NCBI RefSeq assembly: GCF_001194135.2 | Contig: NC_068995.1 | Coordinates: forward strand, 13,693,407-13,757,389 | Direction: 5' to 3' | DNA from: Octopus bimaculoides | Taxonomy: Eukaryota | Length of the DNA stretch: 63,983 nucleotides | Shown: in pieces, positions 50,276-63,225 of the stretch | How positions within the stretch are numbered: the stretch's first letter is position 1 | Layout of the letters: each line of letters begins with the position of its first letter | Program-made: the position numbers and the translations under genes | Notes under the pieces: model-generated | Told to the model about the DNA's origin: nothing | The model's input: only the letters and a program-made list of their open reading frames with translations | The model's database searches: none

Positions 50276-50866
50276 GTAAGTAACAGAGAATACATAATAG
50301 TTTTAATCAGCTAAAACTAGCAGCCAAATTTCTTTCAAATTATGAATTATTGTATTAAAAATAAGGTAAGGATAAGTTGGCTTATGTAGTCCCCAGATAT
50401 AGTGCCTGAAAATACAATGGGATGGCTAAGGTTGGAGTGTCTTTTACCCAAGAGCTACTAATTCAGAGATCAACCTGGATTAAACAAGAAGAACAACAAG
50501 ATATTAACTAATAGATATTACAAACATGAGGATTAAAACAATTTCATTAAACAGGAGACTCGCTTTTATTTACAATGGATTAACTCTTTTGTTACAGATT
50601 TATGTATTTTAATTGCTGTTTAAAATAATTGAACATTTGGGAGGATTTAGCATAAATAACTTCCCCATTATAAAGCTAGTGTTAAAAATGGTTCTTCAAG
50701 AAATTTATGATGGAAGTTTTAACAGTAAATGTGAAAACGGATAGTTTTGTATCACAGGTGAGGCATACTGGTGAGGAAGAGGCTAGAAAGAAACAACTAG
50801 AGAAGAGAGGAACAAAGACCTGAAGAACTGAAAGTGTTCCAGTCTGTGGTTGATAAAATAGTCTAT

Positions 50867-50870
<4 letters not shown>

Positions 50871-50938
<68 letters not shown>
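50871..50938. repeat. (CA)n microsatellite
   Basis: About 34 perfect dinucleotide units. Many shorter (CA)n, (TA)n and (GAT)n tracts occur throughout the window. Confidence 0.95.
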
Positions 50939-50942
<4 letters not shown>

Positions 50943-51896
50943 TCAATCATTATACATGTCCAAACCCATTTTTTTTCTAGATACCTCACAATCTCAACTC
51001 TTTCGATGACTCATCTGTTTTAATGCTGCAGTTGTAGAGCTTTAACCCTGTGTCTACCCAGATTCAGCAGACCAAAGGCATTCCAGCCATGACCACCCTG
51101 TCTTGTTAGGAGTACCTAAGACTACATCATCTAATGTGTCGTTTTCATATTTAAGATAGTACAGGAAGATTTGAAGGAAATTTGGCTGCTATTTTGAGTG
51201 ACCATGTAGAGACTCCCAGCAGTCTCACTCAATGAGTCTCTTCAAATTATAACCACAGGACAAGCTGAACTCAGTATTGCAATCTAATAACAGTAAATTG
51301 ATGTTACCATGTGATACTTATTGACAGTTATGTGGACAGGGCAGAGCAGGGAAGGGCAGGGCCATCTGAGATTTTTGTTTTAATTAGGCTGTAGGTACAA
51401 TAAAGCATTGGTGATAGGTTTCAGCTTGCTGAAGATTCAAACCCTGAACTATATACATATAGGTATACACACCGATAACAACATTAAGTAACAAAGTTTA
51501 CCAGAGACACAGGCAACAGAAAGGCTTCCGTGAGAAGCTATTACTGTTACCAGCAATATCATCACTAATGAAATAGGTGAAGTGGTTTGTACCAGGGATT
51601 GAAACTGGGTCAAGTAGTGAATTAGCCGGCGCTATTAGCACTTGTCATAGTAGAGCATTTAGTCGGTAGATCTGGTGGAGCATTAAACATGTACTGTGGC
51701 ATCAAATTAATATTCTGAGTTCCAACCCCAACTGGGGTCAAATTATTATTTTCATCCTATTACTAGTCATATACTGGTTCACAACAGAGCTTATGTTACT
51801 GATATGATGTGCAGTATACACGTCAGGTGTAAAATGGTATTACGCAAATAAATGGTTGGTTGTGGTTACCTAAAAATTACCTATCACAGAAATATA

Positions 51897-52297
51897 TCTC
51901 TTTTACTCTTTTACTTGTTTCAGTCATTTGACTGTGGCCAGGCTGGAACACCGCCTTTAGTCGAGCAAATCGACCCCAGGACTTATTCTTTGTAAGCCTA
52001 GTACTTATTCTATCGGTCTCTTTCGCCGAACCGCGAAGTTACGGGGACATAAACACACCACCATCGGTTGTCAAGCAATGTTGGGGGGACAAATACAGAC
52101 ACACAAACATATACACACACACATATATATATATGACGGGCTTCTTTCAGTTTCCGTCTACCAAATCCATTCACAAAGCTTTGGTCGACCCGAGGCTATA
52201 GTAGAAGACACTTGCCCAAGGTGCCACGCAGTGGGACTGAACCTGAAACCATGTGGTTCGTAAGCAAGCTACTTACCACACAGCCACTCCTACGCCT
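51897..52297 (-). mobile_element. Family A CORE-type SINE, young full-length copy
   Basis: High identity to 31861-32252 and 59289-59696. Confidence 0.88.
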
Positions 52298-53229
52298 ATA
52301 TGTTAACACAGAACGCACACTATACTACTCAAACGTAGGTATTCACTGTTCGACTACTGACTGTTAAACCAACACACGTCGAAACAACACGGTAAACCAA
52401 CATGGTTGAACTAATACTGTCAACTACCACCCTTGTCACTAGTATCCTCATTCAGATGTACCAGACTAAGCAGCAAACGGTATTTAGTTAGACCTCTCTA
52501 TGTTGTGGAAAAACATAGCTATGAGGAAGTGCATGGCTAAGTGGTTAGGGTGCTGGACTCATGATTGTAAGATTGTGGTTTCGATTCCCTGACTGGGCAA
52601 TACATTGTGTTACTGAATAAAACCTTTTCACATTGCACTAGTATACTCAGCTGGCAAAGGTGAATAATCCTGCAACGGACCGGTGTCCCAACCAGGGAAG
52701 AATATATATGTTAGACAAAATGGGAAACTGGTCCTATGCTCCTTACAGAGTAATGTGGACTAACTATGTTGTGAGTTCAAATCCTGCCATTGTTGACTTC
52801 ACTTTTTATCTCTGCAGAGTTGTCATTGTTTTTTATTTCATGAGCAGACGTCATGAGGCAAGCCACATTGTCAAAGGCAATTGAAAAGTGACGGTTCCTT
52901 TTTCTTCTCAGAAACAATCTACCTGAGAATACATTTTTCACTGTGTACTTGTTTTAAAAATATGGCTGAGTGTGATATGTAGGAGTTTTGACTGTTATTT
53001 CTAGTATGTAGAGCAACTATGTAGAAGTTACTTTGTTGCTTCAAGCCCAGAAGGGTACCTCTCTCCATTAAATTAGTGCAAGTCAGACTAAGAACAGGGT
53101 GGAAAAAGTTCAGGGAGCTATTAACTCTGCTAGCAGAAAAAGGATTCTCTCACTCAGTGAATTGCAGATTGTATGATATTTGTGTGAAGTGTGATATTGA
53201 CTGAAGGGGAAACAGGGGCAGTGGATGTA

Positions 53230-53697
53230 GAAAATGTGTGAAGGTGGGGAAAAAAATAAGGTGAGAATACTCTGCTAGATGTGTACATGAATGACAGAGC
53301 ATAAAATGAGCTGAAGGGAAAACTGGGTTTCAGAAGAATTAGAGCTGGAATGAATATGTAACATACATAGAGAGTATGATGGTTGGGTAAAGAAATATCA
53401 AGTAAGACCTGGGCTGAGGTGGTGAGGCAAGACCTTCGTACATTGGGCCTCACCGAGGCGATGACTACTGACCGAGACCTTTGGAAATGTGCTGTGCGTG
53501 AGAAGACCCGGCAAGCCAAGTAAGATCGTTGCCAGTGCCCCTGGACTGGTTCTTGTGCGGGTGGCACATGAGATGCACCATTTTGAGCGTGGCCGTTGCC
53601 AGTACCGCCTGACTGGCTCCTGTAGGATTTTCGAGCGAGATCGTTGCCAGTGCCCCTGGACTGGCTTGTGCGGGTGGCACATAAAAGACACCATTTC
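53230..53697 (+). mobile_element. RTE LINE 3' end: ORF C-terminus plus tandemly repetitive 3'UTR
   Basis: 53404-53523 encodes KTWAEVVRQDLRTLGLTEAMTTDRDLWKCAVREKTRQAK* (RTE KTWxExVxxDLxxxGL...DRxxW). The upstream part is degraded. The UTR repeats GATCGTTGCCAGTGCCCCTGGACTGG. Confidence 0.85.
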
Positions 53698-54181
53698 NNN
53701 NNNNNNNNNNNNNNNNNNNNNNNNNNNNNNNNNNNNNNNNNNNNNNNNNNNNNNNNNNNNNNNNNNNNNNNNNNNNNNNNNNNNNNNNNNNNNNNNNNNN
53801 NNNNNNNNNNNNNNNNNNNNNNNNNNNNNNNNNNNNNNNNNNNNNNNNNNNNNNNNNNNNNNNNNNNNNNNNNNNNNNNNNNNNNNNNNNNNNNNNNNNN
53901 NNNNNNNNNNNNNNNNNNNNNNNNNNNNNNNNNNNNNNNNNNNNNNNNNNNNNNNNNNNNNNNNNNNNNNNNNNNNNNNNNNNNNNNNNNNNNNNNNNNN
54001 NNNNNNNNNNNNNNNNNNNNNNNNNNNNNNNNNNNNNNNNNNNNNNNNNNNNNNNNNNNNNNNNNNNNNNNNNNNNNNNNNNNNNNNNNNNNNNNNNNNN
54101 NNNNNNNNNNNNNNNNNNNNNNNNNNNNNNNNNNNNNNNNNNNNNNNNNNNNNNNNNNNNNNNNNNNNNNNNNNNNNNNNN
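53698..54181. other. Assembly gap (484 N)
   Basis: Run of N inside the RTE 3'UTR. Confidence 1.
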
Positions 54182-54560
54182 ATACATTAAGTGCTGACTA
54201 CATAAACAAACGATTCTGAAACAATTCTATCGGTGATAGGGTTAGGATTAGGGTAAAACAGCAAATTTAAAAAGAAAAAAGCAAATAAAACGAAGAAAAA
54301 AAAAAATGAAAAAAGCAAATAAAACGAAGCTATGGCTTAATCAGCCAAAGGAGTAAATATAAACAACTGAATATTTGTCAGTGATTGGTTGAAATTATCG
54401 AAATAAGACAATTTTTTACATGAAATAAATTCGAATACAAAAATATTTTTCTGTTCTATAACACAAAATAGATAAGTATACGAAGTTTGAAAGTCTTTCG
54501 GTACCAAAAACACTACGTAAAACATTAATGAAAAATGTGGCCCCCGTTTAAAAAAAAATC

Positions 54561-54787
54561 CAAGTTGTCTTCTATTATAGCCTCAGGCCAACCAAAATCT
54601 TGTGAGTGGATTTAGCAGACTGAAACTGAAAGAAGCCCATCGTATATATATGTGTGTCTTTGTGTCTGTATTTGTGTCCCTCACCACCACTTGAGAACCA
54701 GTGTAGGTGTGTTTACGTCCCTGTAACTTAGTGATTCACTAAGAGAGACCAATAGAAAGAAGCCCATCGTATATNNNNNNNNNNTCG

Positions 54788-54820
<33 letters not shown>

Positions 54821-55044
54821 CTTTGTGTCTGTATTTGTCCCCCCACCACCGCCTGAGAACCAGTGTAGGTGTGTTTACATCCCTGAAAATTAGTGGTTCA
54901 CTAAGAGAGACCAATAGAATAAGTATCAGGCTTTCAAAAAATATAAAAATGTTATTGGGGTTGATTTGTTCGTCTAAAGTTCTTCAAGACAAGTACCCTA
55001 GCATGGCCACAGTCTAATGACTGAAACATGTAACAGATGAAAGA
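54561..55044 (+). mobile_element. Headless family A SINE with internal ~127-bp duplication, spanning a 10-N gap (54775-54784)
   Basis: AGAAGCCCATCGTATAT...GAGACCAATAGAA occurs twice, at 54631 and 54758. Confidence 0.75.
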
Positions 55045-55370
55045 TGCTATACTGGAGAAGACTCATCCAACCCATGCAAACATGGGTTGGATAGGTGGAT
55101 GCATGATGATGGTGATGATGATAATTCTACAACTAACTGTTAAAAAGAAAATCTGTTGGCACATTAAAAAGACACAGGTATTCCAATTATTCTTACCTAC
55201 AATACATTTTAGGGAAGGTTTTGTAATTTAAATGCCAGAGTAGAAGTATCATAACAGAACAATGTACATTTGTACATTTCAGAAGGTCTCGAGTGATACT
55301 TGGCATGCATGTGTGTGTGTGTGTGTGGGGGGGGGGGCATGCATGTGTGATATCTGAAGAATATTCTCAC

Positions 55371-55450
55371 CTGTAAGATAGTTCCAAATATTGGTAAGTT
55401 TAATGTTTCACCAGGTGTCGGCGAAGGCCATTGATCTATATCATGACAAG
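55371..55450 (-). CDS. DENND6: DENND6 exon 2
   Basis: ttag|(A)[26 protein letters not shown]|gtgaga, 80 nt, phase 1/0. Confidence 0.96.
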
Positions 55451-56555
55451 CTAAAATGAAGGAAAAAGAATTTCGTTGCATACTATATTACAAAAATGTC
55501 AGAAGTAAAAAAAAGAAAAAGAAAAAAGAAAAAAAATAACCTTTTATGGAACAACTGCAAACATTTTAAGGCCATTTTTTCCTGTCAAATTTGGTGAGGT
55601 TTAATTTTACAGACTTTATGATTGCTTAATTGTGCAAATACTGGTTTCTTTTTGATGTAGTGTTTCACATTTCACAGCTAGATACCCTCTTATTGCTTAC
55701 ACTTTTTAGTCATGTCTTACAACACAAAGCGATACGATGTAACCATTTATAACTATAAATTAATTAATTTTTTTTTAATAAACTAGGAATGAATGAAGAG
55801 GAAGAATACAAATCTATATATTGAATATAAATATTGATTACGAGATTGTTTGGAACAATGCTGGCGCTATTGCTACACATACAGACATCCTTGACGGCAT
55901 CTAGAAAGAAAGCCATGCGGCAGATCTACAATACATTCACCCATTGAACTACATTTTTGTGGTGACCTCTCTAAATATCATCACTATCATCATCATCATT
56001 CTAACATTAACTTGTCCGTGTTTGCATGAGTTGGGTGGAATTTGTTGAGGAAAATTTTCTAGGGCTGGATGCCCTTCCTGTCTGTTGCTAAGCCCTCACC
56101 TGTTTCCATGTAAGGTTAATATTTCTCTATGTCCAGACATGTTTCCATGGAAGACTGGAACTGAAGCACATCACTTGTGATGATCGTAATACTCATTTAC
56201 AACTATCATGCAATGCCAAGACAAGGAGACACAAACACACATCTATAAATAGTGACATGAAGGGCATCTAGCCATAGAAAATCTACCTCAAGAAATTCTG
56301 TATGACCCATGAAAGCACGGAGAAGTGGATGTTAAATGGTGATTTTACATATATGTAAAAAGCACCTGTGCTGGTGACACATAAATGACACCCTGTACAC
56401 TCTGTAGAGTGGTTGGCATTAAGAAGGGCATCCAGCCGTAGAAACCAAACTAAAACAGATATCTGGAGCCTGGTGCAGCTCTCTGGTTTACCAGCTCTAA
56501 TCAAACTGTTTAACCCATGCCAGAATGGGAAATGGATGTTAAATGATATATATAT

Positions 56556-56945
56556 ATATTCTTTTACATGTTTCAGTCATTTGACTGTGGAGATGATGGA
56601 GTACCACCTTAAAGGGTTTTAGTCGAAGAAATTAACCCCAGTACTTATTCTTTGTAAGCTTAGAATTTATTCCATCAGTCTCTTTTGCTGAACTACTAAG
56701 TTATGGGGATATAAACACACCAATATCAGTTGTCAAGCAATGGTGGGAGGGAGGTACAAACAGACACAAAGACATACACATGTAAATATATATATATATA
56801 TCTATATATATACATATATATAAACACACACACACACAGAGGCTCCTTTCAGCCTGGGGCTAAAATAGAATATACTTGTCCAAGGTCCCACACAGTGGGA
56901 TTGAACCTAAAACCACTTGGTTGGGAAGCTACTTAATCACAAGGG
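56556..56945 (-). mobile_element. Family A SINE, diverged
   Basis: Tail, microsatellite and degraded head all recognisable. Confidence 0.75.
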
Positions 56946-58195
56946 CCACAACAAAACAGCGCTAGTGTCCTCCTTCAATAGTTTCAATATATAAACTACT
57001 AACTTAAGGGTGTTGGCAGAATAGTTACAGACAAAATGTTTTGCAATATTTAGTTATAATTCTTTACATTCTGAGTTCAACTTCACCTTTCATGGGTTAA
57101 TAACTGATTTAACTGACTATGACATAAAAAAAAAACTAAGTAAATATTAGAATAACTTAAGGGAGGGGGCTGGTAGAATCAGTTGAGCACAATGCAAAAT
57201 CCTTTGTGGTATTTGGTTTTGAGTTTTTATAATCAGAGATTGCTAGTGGCCAACTTTGCCTTCTGAGACCAATAAAATATGCACCAGCCAAATACTTGAG
57301 GTTGATTTAAACGGTTGCTCCTGCTCTGAAAATTAAGGTCTCATATGTATATAAAAAATCAATGTTAAAATTAATTCAAGATAGTGGAGTGGCAGAAACA
57401 GTTTCATTATATAATTTATGGTATTTTGCTACATTCCTGCTCTATGTTATGAGTTCAAACCCTGCTATGGTCAACTTCACTTTTCATGTTTTGCAAGTGG
57501 AATGTGATAAAATAATACTAAACATGTAATGGGTCAATAAAGGGATTGATAAAACTGACTTTCACTTCTCTCCCTGAATTTTTATCGTTGTGCTAACAAT
57601 AGAAATTGATCTAGAAACTAACTAATAAAAAATCTATTGAAACTAAATGAAGTAGCAGCTATCAGTAAAACTATTTAGGAAACAAATTTGCTGAAAGCAA
57701 TTCAAAATAAAATTAAAAAGACAAATAAAATTCCAGTGCAGAAGAGAGACATTTCACCAAGAAGTAGAAATCTTTTTAATACGAGTAGATTAGAAATTTG
57801 TAAAATGATTTCTTTTTAATTAAAGTCCGCTCTTGATGGTTCTACACTGACACGTCAGAAATCATTCCTCCCACAATGACTTTAATTCTATAGACAAGAT
57901 TAATCCACTATAATCTCTGCACCTAATGGCTTTAAAATATCCCCCCAACCACATCCCCACCCTAAAAAACAAAAAAAAAAAACAAAAAAAAAATCCATCA
58001 GAAAATTTTATTTTCCGGAAAAATCAAAAAAATAGTAGTAAGCTTCATTATCTTTTCTTTTTCTTTTATAGCTGAGGAACTTTTAGGTAAATTGGTATGA
58101 TTGGCAAGCTGATTTTGATCTTGTTCTCTTAAACCAGAGGATATATTTTTGAAATGAGAGAAAAACTCAGAGAAGAGTTTAAATTAATCAATCAT

Positions 58196-58237
<42 letters not shown>

Positions 58238-59288
58238 GGTGAGCTGGCAGAATTGTTAGCATGTCAGAGAAAATGTTTCGTGACATTCCAGCTCTTTATG
58301 TTTTTTTGTTCAAATACTCAAATACCACTGAGGGCAACTTTGCTTTTCATCCCTCCAGGGTCGATAAAACAAAGTACTGGGGTTGATGTAATTTGCTTTC
58401 AAGGCAGTGCTCCAACATGGCTAGAGTTCAATGAACGACACAAGCACAAGATAAAAGATCTCTTTGTTGTTGATTGATAGCAGTTCTGCCATTCGGGGGG
58501 GAAAAAGGACTGGGTGAAGTGGTTAACATCAGGGCCTGAGGTAAGGAGGTGGTGAAATCTATGTGAGTAGTGAGAAGCAGAGATATGAATTAAGTGGAAG
58601 AACCTGTGAAAAGGCGCATGGCCTAGTGGTTAGGGTTCAATTCCTGGACTGGATGGCATGTTGTGTTCCTGAGCAAAACACTTCACTTCATATTGTTCTA
58701 GAGCTGTGTGGGAATTGGCATGCCAAAGAATAGGCCTAATATTTCCTGTGCATGTTGTAAAAGGTGACAAAAAAGAGGTTGAGGTAGGATTTACACTCCA
58801 ACCTTGCAAAAATCCTCACCAGCAAGGACTACCCAAACAGACCCATGGATTGGAGGGTTGTTGCCTGAGTAGTGCAGAGATGTCATCTCCAAGAGTAGTA
58901 GGGAATCACTAAGAAATGGTGGATGCAGTGATGCTCTATTATAGCACATGCCACCACCACCATGTCTGTAGAGGTAGCATAAGACCAACCATTCCTTCAG
59001 AGCAAAACAGATGCTATTGTAGTAGCGGGAGAGATTCAATAGGTTATAGAGTAGAGATTCATGAATTTTCCTTTCTTCATCATATAATTTAACTTTTTGG
59101 TCTATCCTGTGTGTCACTTACAATACACAGGACATATTTCTTTGTATCCACACATCCTATGTGATACACATTCCCAATTTGTTTTCAACCACCAGAGTAA
59201 CTTGAGGACTTATAGAAAGAAAAGCTCTATACTACTCAGAACGTATGAGACAAGGAGTTAACTAAAAGTCTGAAAGCAAGCATGGATG

Positions 59289-59696
59289 TTTACTCTTTTA
59301 CCTGTTTCAGTCATCTGACTGCGGCCATGCTGGAGCACTGCCTTTAGTTGAGAAAATCGACCCCAGGACTTATTCTTTGTAGGCCTAGTACTTATTTTAT
59401 CGGTCTCTTTTTTTTTTGCCGAACCGCTAAGTTACGGGGACGTACACACACAAGTATTGGTTGTCAAGCGATGGTGGGGGAACAAACACAGACACACATA
59501 CGTATATATATATATATATATATACATATATACGACGGGCTTCTTCCAGTTTCCGTTTACCAAATTCACTCACAAGGCTTTGGTCGGCCCGAGGCTTTAG
59601 TAGAAGACACTTGCCCATGGTGCCGCGCAGTGGGACTGAACCCGGAACCATGTGGTTGGTAAGCAAGCTACTTACCACACAGCCACTCCTGCGCCT
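59289..59696 (-). mobile_element. Family A CORE-type SINE, young full-length copy
   Basis: CpG-rich; intact head AGGCGCAGGAGTGGCTGTGTGGTAAG and B-box-like CCGGGTTCAGTCCC. Confidence 0.88.
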
Positions 59697-59831
59697 ATAG
59701 GACAAACTTATGAGAATGTTTTGGACAAGCAAAGGGTCAAACAGACACACACACTTTATCTGTCTGTCTGTCTCTCTCTTTCACACACACACACACACAA
59801 AGATGAAATAACAAAACAATGCATTCTCCAC

Positions 59832-60061
59832 TTAACCTTTTAGCATTTAAACTGGCTGTATCCAGCCCAAATATTCTACCTGTATTATGTTCAAACCGGC
59901 CAGATTTGGCCCCTCTCTCTCACATCTATTCTACCATGACATTCTAAAAATAAGCAATCATATCAAATCTTGGATGTATGAGATAATGCATGATCAATTC
60001 AGAACAATGTGGATAAGCAAGCAGTACATTTGATAGAGAAATCTGAATGCTAAAGGGTTAA
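59832..60061. mobile_element. piggyBac-type MITE, family P1
   Basis: TTAA-CCTTTTAGCATT...AATGCTAAAGGG-TTAA. Confidence 0.7.
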
Positions 60062-60206
60062 AGGAAATCCATTCCCCTGCCCCACCAAGAAAGATGTAAA
60101 CTGTAAATGCTAAAAATTTTCAAATCAAATTTAGGAGTTTCTTTAATTATTTTCAATAATGAAATTAATGATTGTAATTATTGGAAGTGGATGAGTAATT
60201 ACTTAC

Positions 60207-60312
60207 CTGCTTCAACACTCGGTTCTCCGTTATCAAAATATTCTGGAGCAATAATGCGAACTAATTGAGAAAAAAGGTTTGGGAATGGAAGTTTGGAGAT
60301 TAGCACCACAGA
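60207..60312 (-). CDS. DENND6: DENND6 in-window exon 1 (internal exon of the gene)
   Basis: ccag|SVVLISKLPFPNLFSQLVRIIAPEYFDNGEPSVEA|gtaagt, 106 nt, phase 0/1. Confidence 0.97.
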
Positions 60313-62723
60313 CTGGAAAATAGAAAAACAAACAAGGATAAACTGATTATATTGAAGATAAGGATGTTGTACACACACACACACACATGTATATACATAC
60401 AAACAACTAGACATAGATATAACATACAGGTGTACACACAAACAATACTCTCTCATATATATATATAATACACAAACACACACATACATGACAGAGAGAG
60501 AACATTAGGTTGGAGGGAAGGAATCAAAATGTTGATGAGAACAAAAATGAATAGAATAAAGAAAATAGCTAAATTCATTAGAAAAAAAATCCCCTGATAA
60601 ATTGTATGAAAAAAAAAAACAACAACCAAAAAAATGCAGATGAAAACGTGATAGGAGAAATGGTATTTAGTACAGATATATCTACATTATCATGTCTAAA
60701 AGTTCAATGAAATATTATCATCTTTATCATGTTTCGCTGTTACACTTTCCCTGGAAATATCAGATGTATATGTAAGCAAGTACACACACACACACACACA
60801 TATATAATATACATACGCACATGTACATATACACACACACACACACACACACAAGTATATGTGTGTATGTGTATATAAAGTATATGGATCCATTATCAGT
60901 TTTGGTGATGACTGTTCCTGTCATTCAATCAACTGAACTGCTTATTCATTGTATTACTCATTACTAAGTGGCCGAGTATTCCATAGACATTTGCACCCTT
61001 TAATGTAATTCTCCGGCTGAGTCAGCATGCCACAGTATGAGACAAAGAAGCTGGACCTTTGAATTAAAGGTACAGTCAACACGATAGGCTTCCACGTAGC
61101 TTTCATCCACAAAATTTAACTTACGAAGTTAGGGCCCACCTGGGGCCATGACAGCAGAGACATGCCAAAACTGCTACACAGTGGAACTGAACTTGGGGCC
61201 TCAATGACTGAAAAGTGGACTTCTAAACTACTTGGTCAAATTTGCTCCCATTGTGTATGTGTGTGTAATATTTCTATACTGTTGCATACAGTTATATATA
61301 CACACACACACATAATGTATATACACTAATATGCCTATTTGCCAACCTACCTACCTATCTTATATCATCATCAATTAACATCTGTTTTCCATGCTAGCAT
61401 GGGTTGGATGGTTTGACGGGGGCTGGCTCAGCAGAAGATTTTACAAGGCTCCACTGTGTACTTGGGCAGGTTTTTGTGACTGGATGCCCTTCTATATACA
61501 AACCAACTTAGAGTGGACCTTATACATAGATACACAAATTATATGTATACACACACATACTCATACATACATACATACATACATACATAGAGAGGTAGTA
61601 AAGTTGAAAAACACAGTTAGGTTAGAGGTATATATTTACATGGTGCACAAAATACAGATTACAAAATAAAGAAAAAAAATGTGTTTCATGTATGTATATC
61701 TTTCAAGCCTAACTGTGGTTATCTACCTTACTACCCCTGAAATAGCTTGATAAGGATTGCTTCTATGGCCACTTTCAATGCTGAGGCCCTGGATGAAGAA
61801 GTTGGAGTTTAAGTTCACATCCATTTGAACACTGTTATCTATATTGAGCTTATTTTCCTCACCCATTCAATCTGTCTATGTATGTATGTATGTATGTATG
61901 TATGTATGCATGCATGTATCTGTCTATGACTATCCGTCTATCTATCTATGACTATCTGTGTTCATACAAACATATAGACACACATGTATTTGTGTGTGTG
62001 TGTGTGTGTGTGTGTTTATATTTATGCACATGTGTATTCATTGAATATTAATGCCATATGCATGCACTTTAAGTCATCATTAAATCATCTTTTAACCCAA
62101 CATTATAATTGCCTTTATTCATACTTCTGCCGCATTAAAACGTACATTATACAGAACAAGTATGAGAGGGGAGGGCACAGAAAACAGGTGTGAAGTGTGG
62201 AAGTGGGGGGGATGCAGCACAAACTAGGATAACAAAAAATAAATAAAAAAAAGGCAATAAACAAAATGAAAAAATATAATCAAGAATAGTATAGGATTCC
62301 AGAAAACGGTTTTGGTGGGGATTTTATTGATTAAGATAGAATATGAAATACTTCAACATATGAGAGGAAAGGTTTGGAGGTGTTAAGGGAATGACGAGGC
62401 TATGAGTTTTGAGGAAAGACAATGTTTTAAAATTTAGTTATTCTAATCAATCTATTAACTCTTTTGTTACAGTATTTCTGTAGAAGTACACTGCTTTTGT
62501 TTCAGTTAATTTGAAATTAATGAGGAATTAAGTAAAACAATTCTGTCATAATGAAACTGGGTGTTAGAATATAAATCATCGTGGAATTTTGATGGAAGGT
62601 TTGTAATTAGATCGCTTATGCAGGCTGGTTGACAAAACGTTGCATTCTTTTATTCTTTTGAGCCATGCGGTTGCAGTCATGCTGGAGCACCACCATGGGC
62701 AATATATATAATAAATTTTAGAT

Positions 62724-63225
62724 ACTCTCTCTCTTTTACTTGTTTCAGTCATTTGACTGTGGCCATGCTGGAGCACCACCTTTTGTCGAGCAAATCGACC
62801 CCAGGACTTATTCTTTGGATGCCTAGTACTTATTCTATCAGTCTCTTTTGCCGAACCGCTAAGTTACGGGGACATAAACACACTAATCTTTTATTTGTTA
62901 TAGTAATTAGAATGCAGCCATACTGGAGCACTCTCTTGAAGAATTTTATGTTGAATGAATCAATCCCAGCATTTCTTGGTATCTTTTTGCCAAACTGCTA
63001 TGCTACTGGGACATACATACACCAACACTGGTTGTCAAGCAGTGGTGGGGGACAAACACAAAGACACACACGCACACACATATACTGAGCTTTTTTCAGT
63101 TTATATCTACCAAATTCACTGGTTTTGGTTGGCCTGAGGTTGTAGTCGAAAACACTTGCCCAAGGTGCCACACAGTGGGTCTAAACCCAGAACCATGTGG
63201 TTGGGAAACAAACTTATTATTACAG
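62724..63225 (-). mobile_element. Family A SINE with an internal insertion of a related fragment
   Basis: Tail at 62724-62885, inserted segment at about 62886-63020, then microsatellite and head. Confidence 0.75.

Larger units (their letters stand above)
18954..60312 (-). other. DENND6: DENND6/FAM116 gene span, 5'-incomplete; 16 coding exons, 1308 nt
   Basis: The spliced translation matches human DENND6A from SLVLISKLP to LPEDLQGILLKT, including near-invariant [21 protein letters not shown] and [23 protein letters not shown]. All 15 introns are GT-AG with compatible phases. No upstream (RGYFQK) exon was found in 60313-63983. Confidence 0.97.

Noticed and set aside
50820-50862. 43-nt candidate exon after the (TG)n tract
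   Set aside because: Weak donor (GTCTTT), frameshifting, and not needed since exons 2 and 3 join in phase.
16909-54219. Long ORF-track entries made of X (around 16.9-17.8, 29.4-30.3 and 53.5-54.2 kb)
   Set aside because: Artefacts of translating through N gaps.
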